A DNA stretch of 64,000 nucleotides from the NCBI GenBank assembly GCA_951406725.2, contig OX597817.1, positions 25,854,001 to 25,918,000 of the forward strand, in the 5' to 3' direction. The translations under genes and the position numbers were made by a program. Shown here piece after piece: positions 25,438 through 39,290 of the stretch (within the stretch, counting starts at the first letter, position 1; each line of letters begins with the position of its first letter). The stretch comes from Octopus vulgaris (Eukaryota). The notes beneath the pieces were generated by a model. It saw only the letters and a program-made list of their open reading frames with translations, had not been told where the DNA came from and made no database searches.

Positions 25438-27551
25438 GTGTCTAATACATATATTTCTTTACTTTGAGGTATAAAATTTTACATGTTTTGATGTAATCTA
25501 TTGGGTATATTGTATAGAGTTTCAGTAAAAATACATATATATTTATTTTGATTTAAAGAAAAAAAACATTTTATTTTAAAAATCTAATATATGAAGGCTT
25601 TAGAATATAAGATCAAAGAAAAACTGATAATGAAATTAAATTAATGATAAATGTGACTGAACTTCTATGCTTTCTATTGGGAAAGAATGCACATTTTTGA
25701 TCATTACTTTGTTTTACTGATCTACTCTGATGCTCAAAAACATAACTTTGTTATAATTAGTCATAAAATTACAAGATTACTTGTTTTATATCTGTAGTTA
25801 TTTGTTAAAATAACTAACAATATTGATTTCTCAGGTCAGTAGTAGTAGAATTGGTGTAGTAGTGTAGTTAATGTTTTGTGATATTTAGTTATATCCCTCT
25901 GCATTCTGAGATCAAATCTTATAATTATTTACCAATAGAAAAAAATTCTGTTACATTTCTCATTAGATTTCATTATCTGTTTTCTTTGATCTTAAATGTT
26001 AAAACCTCTGCTGATACTGCATTTCATCCTTTCAGAATCAATGAAATAAAATGTAACCACTAAGTACTATAGCTGACTAAATTAAATATACTACTTTTTC
26101 TAAATATTGTGATCTTGTGTCAAATTTAGAAATTAGTTATCTTTAAATATGTCAGAAAACATACTTTACTTTAAAAGATTAAATAGTAAGTTATGACATT
26201 CGTGCCACTTTTAGTATTGTAAAACTGATGTTAAGGTGGTTCATATCATAAGTTAATGAATTTTTACTAATGAAAATTAATCTCATGCTGAGAGGAAAGA
26301 ATCGTTACTTTGATAAAGAAACACAAACTCAACTCTGAAATTTTAATTAATTAAAAAATAGAATTTGTACAATGCTGAGAAGAATGTCCTTGAACTAGGA
26401 AATATGGCAACAATCCAGATTTGTTCTGGTATTGTTATACTTCAATGACTATGCTTTACTGACCAAATGATATCCAAATGATAAAACCAAATGATATCCA
26501 GGGTTGTTGCCAGACTTCCAAGGTCAATCAAACTCCTCACTTCATTTACCTGCAGTCTATAGTTATTTAATTAAAGTTTTATTTTTAAAAAATGTTGTGC
26601 TCAGTGTATAGAGTATTTTAGAAATATTGATACCTTTTGGTTTCCAAGCAGAACATGCCCCTGTGTATTTTATCTGAGCTTTGTTAAGTATATTTAGGAC
26701 TTTAGTGAAATAGGATATCCTTACAGGCAAAAATTAAAACCATGTTACAAACATGAGTTAAATGCAGCTTATCTCTAATCTATTGTGATCACCAATTAAA
26801 AAAAAATAATCCACAGTTATTTTATCACTGGACAAAATAGCAAAGAGAAGGAGAAGAGAGAAAAGAAGGAGGGAAGAAGAAGAGAGAAATAAGGTGAGAG
26901 AGAATTATAGCTTCCTGAATTAAATCCTCTATATTACTGCTAACCGATCTCAATACCAAGTGAAAAGGTATAATAAAATTGAGGAGGATTAACTTTCTGA
27001 GGTATGAGTTACACATCCAGTTAAGTATTCTGCTGTCTCAATTTCCCTCAAAGCAATTCATAACATAGAATTGTTTGATGCATCCCAGGGAGTAAAGTTC
27101 ACTGAATCCACTTGTGAACATTAGTGATTTACATGTTATTGATTTCAAATAGGTTAAGACCAAAGTAGTATCAGAGAAGTGAATTTCAATTCAGAATCTT
27201 GACGGAAATAACTTAATACAGTCAGACGTTTCCTCTAATCATCTGACTGCTTGTACTGAATCCCCGTTGTGTTAAAGATTAGCATAAATGTCTTACATAA
27301 GCAAGATGAGAAACTTTTTGCTTATTTGATCTTACATATTACTATTTCTAATTAGTTGAAATTAAAGTGAGTAAAACCAAATAAAGTAATACTTGATTCT
27401 AAACATAAATACTCAAGATATTTTAGATTGAAGCAGTAACTTCTATACCTTAAAAAAAAGCATTAGTAGCATAATTTAAACTATAGAAGCTTAAAAGACT
27501 TGGATTGCAGAGAAACCAATATTGCAGTAATAAAAAGTGAGGATCCTCTCT

Positions 27552-27856
27552 TGTTGTTTGTTCCTTCTCGAGCCACACCTGGCTCATAAGGGCCAGTTTC
27601 CCGGTTTCCTTGGCGTATAGGTTCCCCACCTGGATGGGACACCAGTCATTGCAGGTGAGCTGCAAGATGCAGGAGGAAAATGTGAGAGAATGTTGTGGCA
27701 AAAGAATCAGCAGATGTTCACCATTACCTTCTGCCGGAGCCATGTGGAGCCTAGTTGTTTCGCTCATAAACACACACATTGCCCGGTCTGAGATTCAAAA
27801 CTGCAATCCCTTGACTGCGAGTTCACTGCTCTAACCACTAGGCCATGTGCCTCCAC
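27552..27856 (-). mobile_element. SINE family B, tail type 2, with 12-bp TSD
   Basis: TSD aggatcctctct at 27540-51 and 27857-68; tRNA-like head at the right end. Confidence 0.9.
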
Positions 27857-27921
27857 AGGATCCTCTCTGGCAAATATTCTTTAGAGATTACAGAGTGGGT
27901 GTGCTAAGCTGCGATAAGTAA

Positions 27922-28900
27922 AATTGTAATGTTATTATCAGGCTGAATATACCTAAGGCATGTTCAAACAAGCTACTCACTGGGTTTTGTCATGGAAAAT
28001 ATATCCCGTTTGTTGGCAAATGTTGTGTATTCACCTATATCAGCTTGCAGTGCCATCTACCCAGATCATGAGATGCACACATTTCAGAGTAGTTATCTCC
28101 TCTTTGGTCATGGACACTAGGCAGAAATTTTCTATGACAAAATGCAGTGAGTAGTTTCTTCACTGGTTCAAATGTGCCTCAAGTATATTCAGACTGATAA
28201 TGTGATTGTTACATGCGTCGTCTAACTGGCAGTTGTGCTGGTGGCACGTGAAAAACCATTCGAGCAAGGTCATTGCCAGTGCCGCCGGACTGGCTCCTGT
28301 GCAGGTAGCACATAAAAAGCACCGTTTGAGTGTGGTCATTACCAGTACACCTGACTGTCCCTCGTGCCAGTGGCACATAAAAGCATCCACTACATTCTCA
28401 GAGTGGTTGGCGTTAGTAAGGACATCCAGCTGTAGAAACTCTGACAGATCAGATTGGAGGTTAGTGCAGCCACCTGGTTCACCAGACCTGTCAAATCGTC
28501 CAACTTATGCTAGCATGGAAAACGGACGTTAAACAAACGATGAACAAATAACATTCCAATTGTATTTATCACTGTTTAGTACTCCCCTTCTGTAATCTAC
28601 TTACAGTGAGCCACCACACAGCATTGCCAGTCACCATATGACAAATGGAAAAGCATAAGATAATCAGTCTTTACAATCAGCTCGCAGTACCGACTGCCTG
28701 GTGTCTGTGACAGAAGAGGAGTTAATTACTCCAAAATGCTTGCATCTCATAGTCTGGGTACACAGTACTGTGAGTTGATAAAGGTGTTTACACACCATTT
28801 GTCAGCAAATGGAATATATTTTCCATGACAAAACAGTGAGTAACTTGTTCACTGGTTTGAATAGGTCTGAAACATATCTAGACTGATGGTAACATTACAA
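27922..28900. mobile_element. Old foldback/MITE-like inverted repeats enclosing a family D copy
   Basis: 27922-28078 is a diverged reverse complement of 28741-28900; 28125-28203 is a further inverted copy of the left arm. Confidence 0.6.
28225..28545 (+). mobile_element. SINE-like family D
   Basis: Diverged tandem units plus gagtggttggcgttagtaaggacatccagctgtagaaac...gctagcatggaaaacggacgttaaac. Confidence 0.8.
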
Positions 28901-29404
28901 TCTTTAGAAATAATATAATTTTTTACTTTTGTTCCTGATTTAATTTCAAAAGCATCTTTCAAACTTTAAAAATCAACTACTTAGCCAACACTATCACTTG
29001 ACCTGTAAAAAATGGCTGATGGTTATGCTTAAGATTGACTTTGAAAAAAGACTACATCATCATATGTGTGGTTATGTCTGTGGACATGAATGTAGGGGGT
29101 CAAAGAGGAGAGAAGAAAATAGGAAAATACCAAGATTTCGCTAGGGAAATACGACTGTGGAGGATTTCTACAAAAAATAATCCCAGTTGTCAGAAGTGCT
29201 CTAAGTAACATCATCAACAGACATAACAGTTCCCTTATTGACATTAGTGTAACTACACGAGTTGCATTAATTCAGAAATCTACCTTATTGGGAACAACAA
29301 TGATTGTAAGAAAGGTCCTCGACATCTATGGAAACTGGTTGTGACCCAGTATCAAAGACATTGATTCCATATGTTAAACATTCATGCACATTATGAATAA
29401 CGTA

Positions 29405-29813
29405 GGTGTAGGAGTGGTTGTCTTGTAAGTAGCTTGCTTACGAACCACATGGCTCCGGGTTCAGTCCCACTGTGTGGCACCTTGGGCAAGTGTCTTCTAC
29501 TATAGCCTTGGGTTGACTAAAGCCTTGTGAGTGGATTTGGTAGACGGAAACTGAAAGAAGCCCGTCGTATATATGTATATATATATGTATTGTGTGTGTA
29601 TGTTTGTGTGTCTGTGTTTGTCTCCCCAACATCGCTTGACAACCGATGCTGGTGTGTTTATGTCCCCGTAACTTAGCGGTTCAGCAAAAGAAACTAATAG
29701 AATAAGTACTAGGCTTACAAAGAATAAGTCCTGGGGTCGATTTGCTCAACTAAAGGTGGTGCTCCAGCATGACCACAGTCACATGACTGAAACAAGTAAA
29801 AGAGTAAAAGAGT
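29405..29813 (+). mobile_element. SINE family A, full-length
   Basis: Colinear with the 12576 copy; (gtaaaaga)n tail. Confidence 0.9.
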
Positions 29814-30179
29814 AATAATAATAATGACAATAACACGGAAATGTATACCAACATCAACATTTAGATTTCACTCTCTTCCTGATTTAGGAACTGGGGTAAT
29901 TAAGTCATATCATTGTACCTGATAGCTGTCCATCTTAAACTGGATGCTATTTTAGTATATATTAATAGTGCTTCATAACAGAAAATTAAAATCATAATTA
30001 AAACATCCTTGAATGAGGAAAGCTGCTACATGAAAGTCAATGCTGTAAGTTTAAACTACTAGCTAGTCATAATCATGGTTTTAATGTTCATTTTCTGTTA
30101 TCAGGTGTTTAAAGTAAACAGTTGTTGAGAGTTCATTAGAGTGCAATCATAAGTATTCTTTTTACTCCTTACTCTGTAA

Positions 30180-30569
30180 TCTATATATATAAAGCTGAAG
30201 TTGTCTGTGTGTGACAAGTTCGGTAGCCTTCAACTAACACTATATCCTCCGAGCCCCGGTGACACAAGTTGACCAAAATTGGGAGTATGATAGAAAAAGG
30301 CTTGCTCTTTATTCCCAAGAAGATTAAATTCAAATCGGACCAAGTTAAGACCAAAAGTTATTTACATCAAAAAGGTGCTTTTTTTCTATGAAAATCCCTA
30401 TTTTTTACGATTTTTTTACTGCTGTGTCGCCATTTTTCGGTGTATTTCAACCAGAAAAATGTTCACTTAAAGAGCCTAACAAGCTACATAATGCAAAATT
30501 TTTACTTTTCAAAAATTCCAATTCTAAAGGGTCGAAACAAATCTGAGCAACGCCGAGCGATACTGTCAG
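30180..30569 (+). mobile_element. Non-autonomous Helitron
   Basis: A|TCtatatatataaagctgaagttgtctgtg ... ctgagcaacgccgagcgatactgtcag|T; termini homologous to 9946-10337 (CTAG changed to TCAG). Confidence 0.7.
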
Positions 30570-30931
30570 TGAAATTATAAAGGTGAGCAGGACTGTATAT
30601 TTCTGAGAATGCTTTGTTTGTTGTTCATAAACTTTTTCTTGTAGCAAAATTTGTGAAAGATTTTAAGATTGCTAAACTTTGGATATTTGATTTGAATCAA
30701 AAAATCAAAAAGTGAATATAGCAAAAATAAACAAACCAAATCAGTAGTGAAGTTCATATAATCCAGCAACCTTTGAAAACAGCTTTGATCAATATGTAAG
30801 AAAGGTGCTGATAGGAAATCGATATTGTATAGTCATTGCAAAGAAGTGGTTTCTAAAAACTGAAGTGGCATCTCTGCTACTGCAGTTTCAGATATATGAC
30901 AATCACAGAAATAGAAGCAATAATAATAATG

Positions 30932-30968
<37 letters not shown>

Positions 30969-30974
30969 GAATAA

Positions 30975-31005
<31 letters not shown>

Positions 31006-31011
31006 AAGAAG

Positions 31012-31347
31012 AAAGAAGGAATATGCAAAGATAGACAGATAGAACCCTCTTAAGTACGAAATAGCCTGGCTATGGAAAATGAAGAAGGTGAAGATAGTGC
31101 TAATTATTGTTAGGTCCTTGGGAATAGTATCAGAAGGCATCAATAGGAATATAAAGGAAAATAGAACAGAGTGCCCAGTACAACTGTTACAAAAGTTTGC
31201 CTCCTTGGCACGGCCAGAATAATCAGGAAAGTATTAGATAGCTGAAAAGAATGAATAGCATGGTGCCGTAGGCTGCAGGTAGTAAGCCCGCTACGTATGT
31301 AAGACTCCAGGAGCTCCAACAAAACCTGTGATAAAGAGAAAATAATC
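31012..31347 (+). mobile_element. 3' end of R4/Dong-like (RLE) non-LTR retrotransposon, copy 1
   Basis: KYEIAWLWKMKKVKIVLIIVRSLGIVS...LQK/VCLLGTARIIRKVLDS* (TGA 31243-45), the conserved C-terminus of RLE LINEs; 3' UTR runs into (AAT)n. Confidence 0.8.
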
Positions 31348-31592
31348 AATAATAATAATAATAATAATGATTACTAATCAAACTTCTAATTTACTTATGT
31401 TTTGACATTCTCTAGAACAATACACCGTGTAAAAGCAAATATATGACACCCTAGTCAGAACAGCAACTTGAACTTCTTACAAGTCTCTTGAGGTATCTGG
31501 GTGAGACTTGGAGTCAACTTGTACAAATACAAAGCAAAATCTAAACATATAATAGTAATAATGATAACAACAACAACAACAACAACAACAAC

Positions 31593-31668
<76 letters not shown>

Positions 31669-32230
31669 TTAATAATGAAGAAGGAATATGCAAAGATAGA
31701 CAGATAGAACCCTCTTAAGTACGAAATAGCCTGGCTATGGAAAATGAAGAAGGTGAAGATAGTGCTAATTATTGTTAGGTCCTTGGGAATAGTATCAGAA
31801 GGCATCAATAGGAATATAAAGGAAAATAGAACAGAGTGCCCAGTACAACTGTTACAAAAGTTTGCCTCCTTGGCACGGCCAGAATAATCAGGAAAGTATT
31901 AGATAGCTGAAAAGAATGAATAGCATGGTGCCGTAGGCTGCAGGTAGTAAGCCCGCTACGTATGTAAGACTCCAGGAGCTCCAACAAAACCTGTGATAAA
32001 GAGAAAATAATCAATAATAATAATAATAATAATGATTACTAATCAAACTTCTAATTTACTTATGTTTTGACATTCTCTAGAACAATACACCGTGTAAAAG
32101 CAAATATATGACACCCTAGTCAGAACAGCAACTTGAACTTCTTACAAGTCTCTTGAGGTATCTGGGTGAGACTTGGAGTCAACTTGTACAAATACAAAGC
32201 AAAATCTAAACATATAATAGTAATAATGAT

Positions 32231-32294
<64 letters not shown>

Positions 32295-32309
32295 GTAATA
32301 ATAATAATA
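31012..32309 (+). repeat. 665-bp tandem duplication
   Basis: 31015 aligns to 31680 (ORF pairs 31140/31805 and 31455/32120 are offset by 665); identical by eye apart from microsatellite lengths. Confidence 0.95.
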
Positions 32310-34010
32310 GCGAACATGAAATCAAGACAACAGACTATATTTGGATGAAATCAAGTAGCAAATGTTAGGAGGGATAACTTCAGAAACAAGACTCACAGAT
32401 AGTGAAATAATTGTGATCAAACATGTAGTGGAAAATGACCTAAATATAAGACAACAAGGAAAGGAAGAACCAGAAGAAGAGAGTTACTCTCCACGAGTCT
32501 CAAGTGAAAGACTGCCATCTGACTAGAACATGCAAACGTCTGGAGAAATAAATTGTAATGAACCAAATAAAGATAGCAAGGAAAGTGGTAAAGAAACAAT
32601 ATTTGAAGACCACACATTTATTGAAGACCACACATTTACTGAAGAACATAGAGAGTGTGATAGAACTGAAGTAGAAAATCCTGAATAAGCTTGCAGTTGT
32701 AAGATACATTAATGTGCATAATAGAGACCACTTCATAAGCTCTCAAATACAATCCAAAATAGAAAAATTAGAATTGGAAACTATGTAACAAAGGAAATTA
32801 TACAAGATCTAAAGCCAGATATCACTGAATTAAATGAAATTATTTACACAGCTGCTAGGACAATTAAACCAGTTGTATGCCTCTGAGAAAACAAAGAAAT
32901 GCAAACCTGAGAATAATTCCAAACTGGGAAAGTAAAATTGAAAAAGAGATTGAAATAATGAGAGGTGAAATATCAATATTGAATGAACTAATCTATGGAA
33001 ACAATGTAAAAACCAGAAAAGGAAAATAGATGAAGAGAAAACACTGATGAGAAGAACTGCTTTCAGCAAAAGAAACACTGCAGCATAAAGTCCAAGCAAA
33101 AGCTCAAAGAATACAAAGATTTAAGAAAAGAAACAAATTTTACTAGTAAAATAAGCTGTTCACATCCAATGCTGAAACATTCTATGGGGAAATAGGGAAA
33201 GAGAAAATAACCATTGAAGACACCCTCCACCCCTGCCATGGAAGAAGTTGAAAACTTCTGGGAAAATATCTGGAGTACTAAAAAGACTTAAAGTGAAAAT
33301 GCAGACTGGGTTCAACGCACAGAAGGATCCAACCAAAACTTACCAGAACAAGCATGGGAAGACATCATAATAGCAGACCTAAGGGTGACACTAATGAAGG
33401 CTCATAAGTGGAAATCTCCTGGTAATGATTGGGTGCCAAATCTCTGGCTTGCCTCGCTCCTGTATGCATATAAAAAGTTAGTCCAGTTATTCAATGAAAT
33501 TCTGAGAGATCCCACAAAAACACCTGATTAGTTAGCAAGTGGTATTACTTACCTACTCCCAAAGAATAATGAAACCAAATTTCCCCAAGACAATCAGTCC
33601 ATAACATGTGTATATATCACGTATAAAAATTTTAACATCCATTCTCGTGGAGAAAACACAAATTTATGGAACAGAATGATATTTTCCCCATTAAACAAAA
33701 AGGGTGCGGACAAGGCTCATATCGATGCAACAACCAACTCTTAATCAATCGCATGATACTTGAGAATTGTCATAACAAACACAGAAATCTCAGTTCTGCA
33801 TAGAATGATTATAAAAAGGCCTTCAACAGCATACTGCATTTATGGATCTTGAAATTGCGGGATATCTTCAAAATTTCTTCTGTCATTTCAAACTTCCTGA
33901 AGCACAACGCGTCAATGTGGAATACGAATCTCCAATTACACCACTTTAATGGAGTACTGACCACAAGAAATATTAATATCAACTGCAGCATTTTCTATCA
34001 TGCACTATCC
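32310..34010 (+). mobile_element. Decayed R4/Dong-like non-LTR retrotransposon (N-terminal region and RT domains 0-3)
   Basis: WKSPGND..PNLWL, SGITYLLPKNNET..P....ITC, QKGCGQGSYRCNNQLLINRMILENCHNKHRNLSSA*NDYKKAFNSILHLWIL with stops and frameshifts; both ends in (AAT)n. Confidence 0.85.
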
Positions 34011-34061
<51 letters not shown>

Positions 34062-34442
34062 TAATTATAAAAAATCATATAAAATATAAAAATCATAAAC
34101 AAGATAGACTAACACATATTGTTGAAATTATTGAATTCTAACTCCTGAAGTTGTATGATTTGTGGTAAAATGGCCTAATCTTGTACAATGCATTGTTGTT
34201 GTTGAAGCAGACAGAATCTGGCTTATAGTTTAAAGAATTATGTTCACAGAACATAGGTTTCTTTCTGTATTTAAAATTCCTACAGAGCAATATTAGTAAT
34301 GCAAAACATACGCAGGTTAGATTATTTGAGAAACGAATCACAAAGTGTAATAATGTACAGAATAGAAATATATGAGTATGAATAAGAATTACTTGTAGGA
34401 AATGAACAGAAATAAACTGATTATGGTACAAGATGAATATTC

Positions 34443-35092
34443 GGATCTTTACCTTTTGACCTATAGATTTAAAAAATTATTTTTTGTAACTAAACATTTT
34501 CAAACTTCGGACACTGATAGAGTGTGTCATATAAAACATCTTTTACTCTTAACATTTTTGAGAAAAGCTTATATTTAGGAAGTTATTTCATGTTAAAGTT
34601 GTAGTATTTCGGTAATTTCAACTAATCAATGACATGTATTCAGCTGAATAAAATTACTGCTGTTTGTCAACAAGAACTTCCGGCGGCGTATATTTCATTT
34701 GTCACTGTTATTTATGACAACCCTAACCCTAACCCTAAAATCCTAACCCTAACCCTAAAACCCTAACCCAAACCCTAAAACCTTGAAGCTAAAACCAGTA
34801 CAAACGCACAAACGATGTCATAAATAACAGTGACAAACGAAATATACACTCCTGATAGTTGTTGATAAACAACAGCAGTAATTTTATTCAGCTGAATACA
34901 TGTCATTGATTGGTTGAAATTACCAAAATACTACAACATTAATGAGAAATAACTTCCTAAATATAAGCTTTTCTCAAAAGACGCTGAGAGTAAAAGATCT
35001 TTTATATGACACATTCTACCAGCGTCCAAAGTTTGAAAGTGTTCAGTTACAAAAAATTATTTTTTAAATCTGTCGGTCAAAAGGTAAAGATA
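34443..35092. mobile_element. Foldback/Mutator-like MITE with ~280 bp TIRs and central telomere-like repeats
   Basis: ggatctttaccttttgacc ... ggtcaaaaggtaaagat; arms 34443-34720 and 34815-35092; TSD tgaatattc (34434-42, 35093-101); (CCCTAA)-like array 34719-34785. Confidence 0.85.
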
Positions 35093-35208
35093 TGAATATT
35101 CAGCTTATATAGGGTGAGAAACTGACTTAATATCAATAACATAGATCCACATAGATCCCATAGATCCCATCGCTGCCAAACAATAATTTTTAAGTTGAAT
35201 TATTTATA

Positions 35209-35605
35209 GGCGCAGGAGTGGCTGTGTGGTAAGTAGCTTGCTAACCAACCACATGGCTCCGGGTTCAGTCCCACTGCGTGGATTCTTGGGCAAGTGTCTT
35301 CTGCTATAGCCCCAGGCTACCAATGCCTTGTGAGTGGATTTGGTAGAGGGAAACTGAAAGAAGCCTGTCGTATATATGTATATATATATATGTGTGTGTG
35401 ATTGTGTCTGTGTTTGTCCTCCTAGCATTGCTTGACAACCGATGCTGGTGTGTTTATGTCCCCGTTACTTAGTGGTTCGGCAAAAAAGACTGATAGAATA
35501 AGTACTGGGCTTACAAAAGAATAAGTCCCGGGGTCGAGTTGCTCGATTAAAGGCGGTGCTCCAGCATGGCCACAGTCAAATGACTGAAACAAGTAAAAGA
35601 ATAAA
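35209..35605 (+). mobile_element. SINE family A, full-length
   Basis: ggcgcaggagtggctgtgtggtaag... colinear with the other copies. Confidence 0.9.
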
Positions 35606-36966
35606 AGAAAAAAAAGAATAAACAACAGAGAAAAAAGTGTTGGCATGATTATGGTGGGGGGGTCATATTAGCATGTTTATGGTGAGGACACGGGAATTAG
35701 TGATTTGAGGTACCTACAGTAAATATTACCAAAATAGTTGTAGGAGGATGTGGTTAAAGCTGATATGAGTAAGTTTGGCTTCAAAGATGAAGTGATACAG
35801 AAACAAGAAATATAAAATTATGCTGTTATTTGAACCCATTCAACCAATGCCAACATCAAAATGGAATGCTAAAACAATGATGAATGGTGATAAAGAGAGT
35901 AGTGGTCGTAGGAAATGTTATGGAATGTTATTGATAATGCTACCAGGAATATCTATAAAGGATTATTAATTAAAATTAATTATCTTTCAAAAGGAATACA
36001 AAATTTAAATCATCATTTATCAAGTAAATATCAGGTTAAAATAGTGATGTTAATTTGGGTGAACAAGGGTTAACTAGTGGAGAAAGAGAGTATCTTTGTA
36101 ACTCGTGAATTAATTACTGGTTTCGATGCAAGATAATATAGCAATTTTCATATTGAAGGAAGATTATGAAGATGTCAAAGAAAAGAACAAACCATAACTG
36201 AACTCAGTGTAAAGCTATGATTTAAAACCAGAATCTACAAAATAAGACATTTTCTGTTTAAATATGGAACTGATAAATGTAATAAATATAATAAAATATA
36301 TATACAAATGTAATAAAAATATTAAAAAAAAAACAAAACAAAATCAAGATAGAGCAATAACTTATGATATGGTTCAAATTAGCATTAATTAATTATATTT
36401 TTGTATTAAGGAAAATTAAAACAAATCATTTAACTGCAACATCAGAGGAAGATAATATTCTAGAAAGACTGCCAATTATATCAATTGTGAATGATAGCAA
36501 GAAAATTATATAAATGGCATGCTGATTAACGGAACTCAACAGCTACAAGGAATACAAAATTTGAGGTGAGAGGAGTTAAATGGTAATGCATCCACAGATT
36601 TCAAATTCTGGATTTTTCTGTAAATAATATTTTGCAACATCTCTTCACAGAGACTGAAGCTACTCAAGAGCCACCTCTAAGTGACAGTCTAATAGCTGTG
36701 ACAGATGCAACTGACAGTCAACAAGTATTTTTAAGTACAGACAGATTAATCTAAAGCAACATCTGAAACTTCATTGAAGCTCTGTTGAATGACACTATAC
36801 TACTCTCTCTCTTCCCTATTGGCTGTGTCTGTCCAATTCTCATTTTCTCCTCCCTTTCTTTCTCACTGACAATTAATTAAATATATTCTTCATAACAAAG
36901 GCAAAACAATAGTAGAGGTAGGTAAATAATCATGCTGATATATCATATAAGCATTTTGCTGTATTT

Positions 36967-37000
<34 letters not shown>

Positions 37001-37195
37001 GAGGTGGTGAGCTGGCAGAATCATTAGTGGCCTGGGCATAATACTTAGCAGCATTTCATCTGTCTTTATGAACTGAGTTCAAACTCCACTGAGGTTGACT
37101 TTGCTTTTCATCATTTTGGAACTGATAAATTAGGTGGTGCCCCAGCATGGCCGCAGTCAAATGACGGAAACAAGTAAAAGAGTAAAAGAGTAAGA
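37001..37195 (+). mobile_element. Chimeric SINE: family C head joined to family A tail
   Basis: gaggtggtgagctggcagaatc...ataaatta then ggtggtgccccagcatggccgcagtcaaatgacggaaacaa(gtaaaaga)n. Confidence 0.7.
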
Positions 37196-38726
37196 GATGG
37201 AAATAACATCTACGTGGGATATGACTGACTAAAACACTTGTCCTAGAATGATCCTACTCCACATATTAAAACTTCAACCGAAGAGTATACCTCAGTCTAT
37301 GTATCAGATACTTTTTCTAAATTATGACAGAACATTTTGCTCTCAGACACACAGGTATGGTTGAGGAGATAACCAGTCTACTTCACAAGTACACAGTGTC
37401 AAGTTCAATTCCACTGCACAGCCAGTTGAGTAAGTATCTTTTATTATAGACTTAACTCCTTGACTTCATTGCATTCTAAGTGAATTGTTTAATAAACATT
37501 TAAGAAGTATAAATTGTTATTGAATCTAATGGTGGGGCAACAAAATGACTGAGGTTTTTTATAATTTTTGTAATTAAAAGTATTGATTAATTAAAGAACT
37601 GGGAAGGAATTGCTTTATACGCATACAATTAATATAGTCAAAATGGAATGTTTTGTCAAGTGGTATGTTCCCAAACTGACTAATCTTTTTAGAAAAATAA
37701 ATCATTAATTTCAGTTACTAAGAGAGGCCAGATGCATAAAAATAACAATAATGTTAGCATATTTAATATAGTGGGTATCAAAATGCTAATTAAAAAGGAT
37801 TGTCAGGAAGAGCTGAGAGTATTAGCTCAATGGTTAATTTTGCTTTAATTATTTCAGCAAATGCAGGAGATAACTCTGATTGTGTTTGGTCTTATTAGAT
37901 CTCTTCATGGAAATGGATTTTAAAATGGGTTTTACCTTACTTGCCAAATTGGTAATGAAGGAAACACTATAAAGATATATAATATCAAAGTTACATCTGG
38001 CAATTAACAAAATCATTAAAATAATATAACTCAGTTTCCTCATTGAATAAGTATTTCTTATTATGTATTAAAAGCCCACGACTTTAAATTTGCTAATACT
38101 AACTTAATTATCCTACATCTTATGAAGTATTCAGACAGTGATAACATCCAATTAGCAATAGAAGTAATTTGTAATCTAAATATCAAAAATTAAATATTAA
38201 ATGAGTTTTTAAACTTTATATCATTTTTACATCTGCTTTCCTATGGATTGCTTAGACAATTTCTTAAAGCAGTATTCTACTGCTAGATGCTTTCCTTTGC
38301 TTTAAAAGCTCTTTGTATATATATTATCAATGTTTAGTTACATTAATATCAGAATGGTGAAAAGTGCAATTGACTTCAAAGGATTCAAGTACAGAAATTA
38401 CAAATCATAAACCAACTCAAAAAGTTTTGAACTGTCTTGACTATCTCCACTGCTTTAACCCTCGTTTACAAACTTCTCTATTACTTAAGTAATATGCCTC
38501 AGACCTTGTAGAAACAGAATATATGAGAGTTGCAATATCCATATCTTCCCAAGTGATTGCAGTAAAGTAAAACATTTCTTACTTGGAATTGGCTCTTACT
38601 GAAAGTCAGGTTTGTAAAGTTCTTACAACCTCTTGAGTAACACTCTTTGTATAATATATCCATATATTGATTGATTGATTGATTCTAGTTTCAGCTTATG
38701 AGCTGTGGCCATGCTGGGGCACCGCC

Positions 38727-38729
<3 letters not shown>

Positions 38730-38778
<49 letters not shown>

Positions 38779-39160
38779 GTGTGTATATGAGTATGTATAT
38801 GCATATGTGGGTATATTTATGTATGAAGGTGTGTGTGTATGTATATGAGTATGTATATGTATATTTGGGTATATTTATGTATGTATTTGTGAGTGTGTAT
38901 GTATATGTGTGTGTATGTATATGAGTATGTATATGTATATGTGTGTATACTTATGTATGTATGTATGTGTGTTTATGTATATGAGTATGTATATATATAT
39001 GTGGGTATATTTATGTATGCATTTGTGAGTGTGTATGTATATGAGTAGGGTTATGTATATGTGTGTATATTTATGTACATATGTGTGTGTATGTATATGA
39101 GTATGTATATGTATATGTGTGTATATTTATGTATGTAAGTGTGTGCGTGTGTGTGTGTCT
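38730..39160. repeat. Compound microsatellite with ~55-60 bp higher-order periodicity
   Basis: Recurrent gtatatgagtatgtatatgtatatgtgtgtatatttatgtatg units. Confidence 0.8.
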
Positions 39161-39290
39161 ATGTTCATATTGCCAACTGTTAAGCTAATACATTTCTTGT
39201 GTACATCCTGACATTCATTTTTTTCATTCTTTTATTCATTTATTTGGTTTGTTTATTTGAATTGACTATGTATGTATGTATGTATGTATG

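Noticed and set aside
31455-32348. Poly-Ile/Val/Thr ORFs resembling membrane proteins
   Set aside because: Derived from (AAT)n/(AAC)n repeats.
34719-34785. True telomere or chromosome fusion scar
   Set aside because: Short, degenerate, single-orientation and enclosed by transposon TIRs.
36150-36760. Coding-looking stretches (EEDNILERLP..., TEATQEPPLSDS...)
   Set aside because: Short frames broken by stops; no recognisable domain or consistent exon structure.
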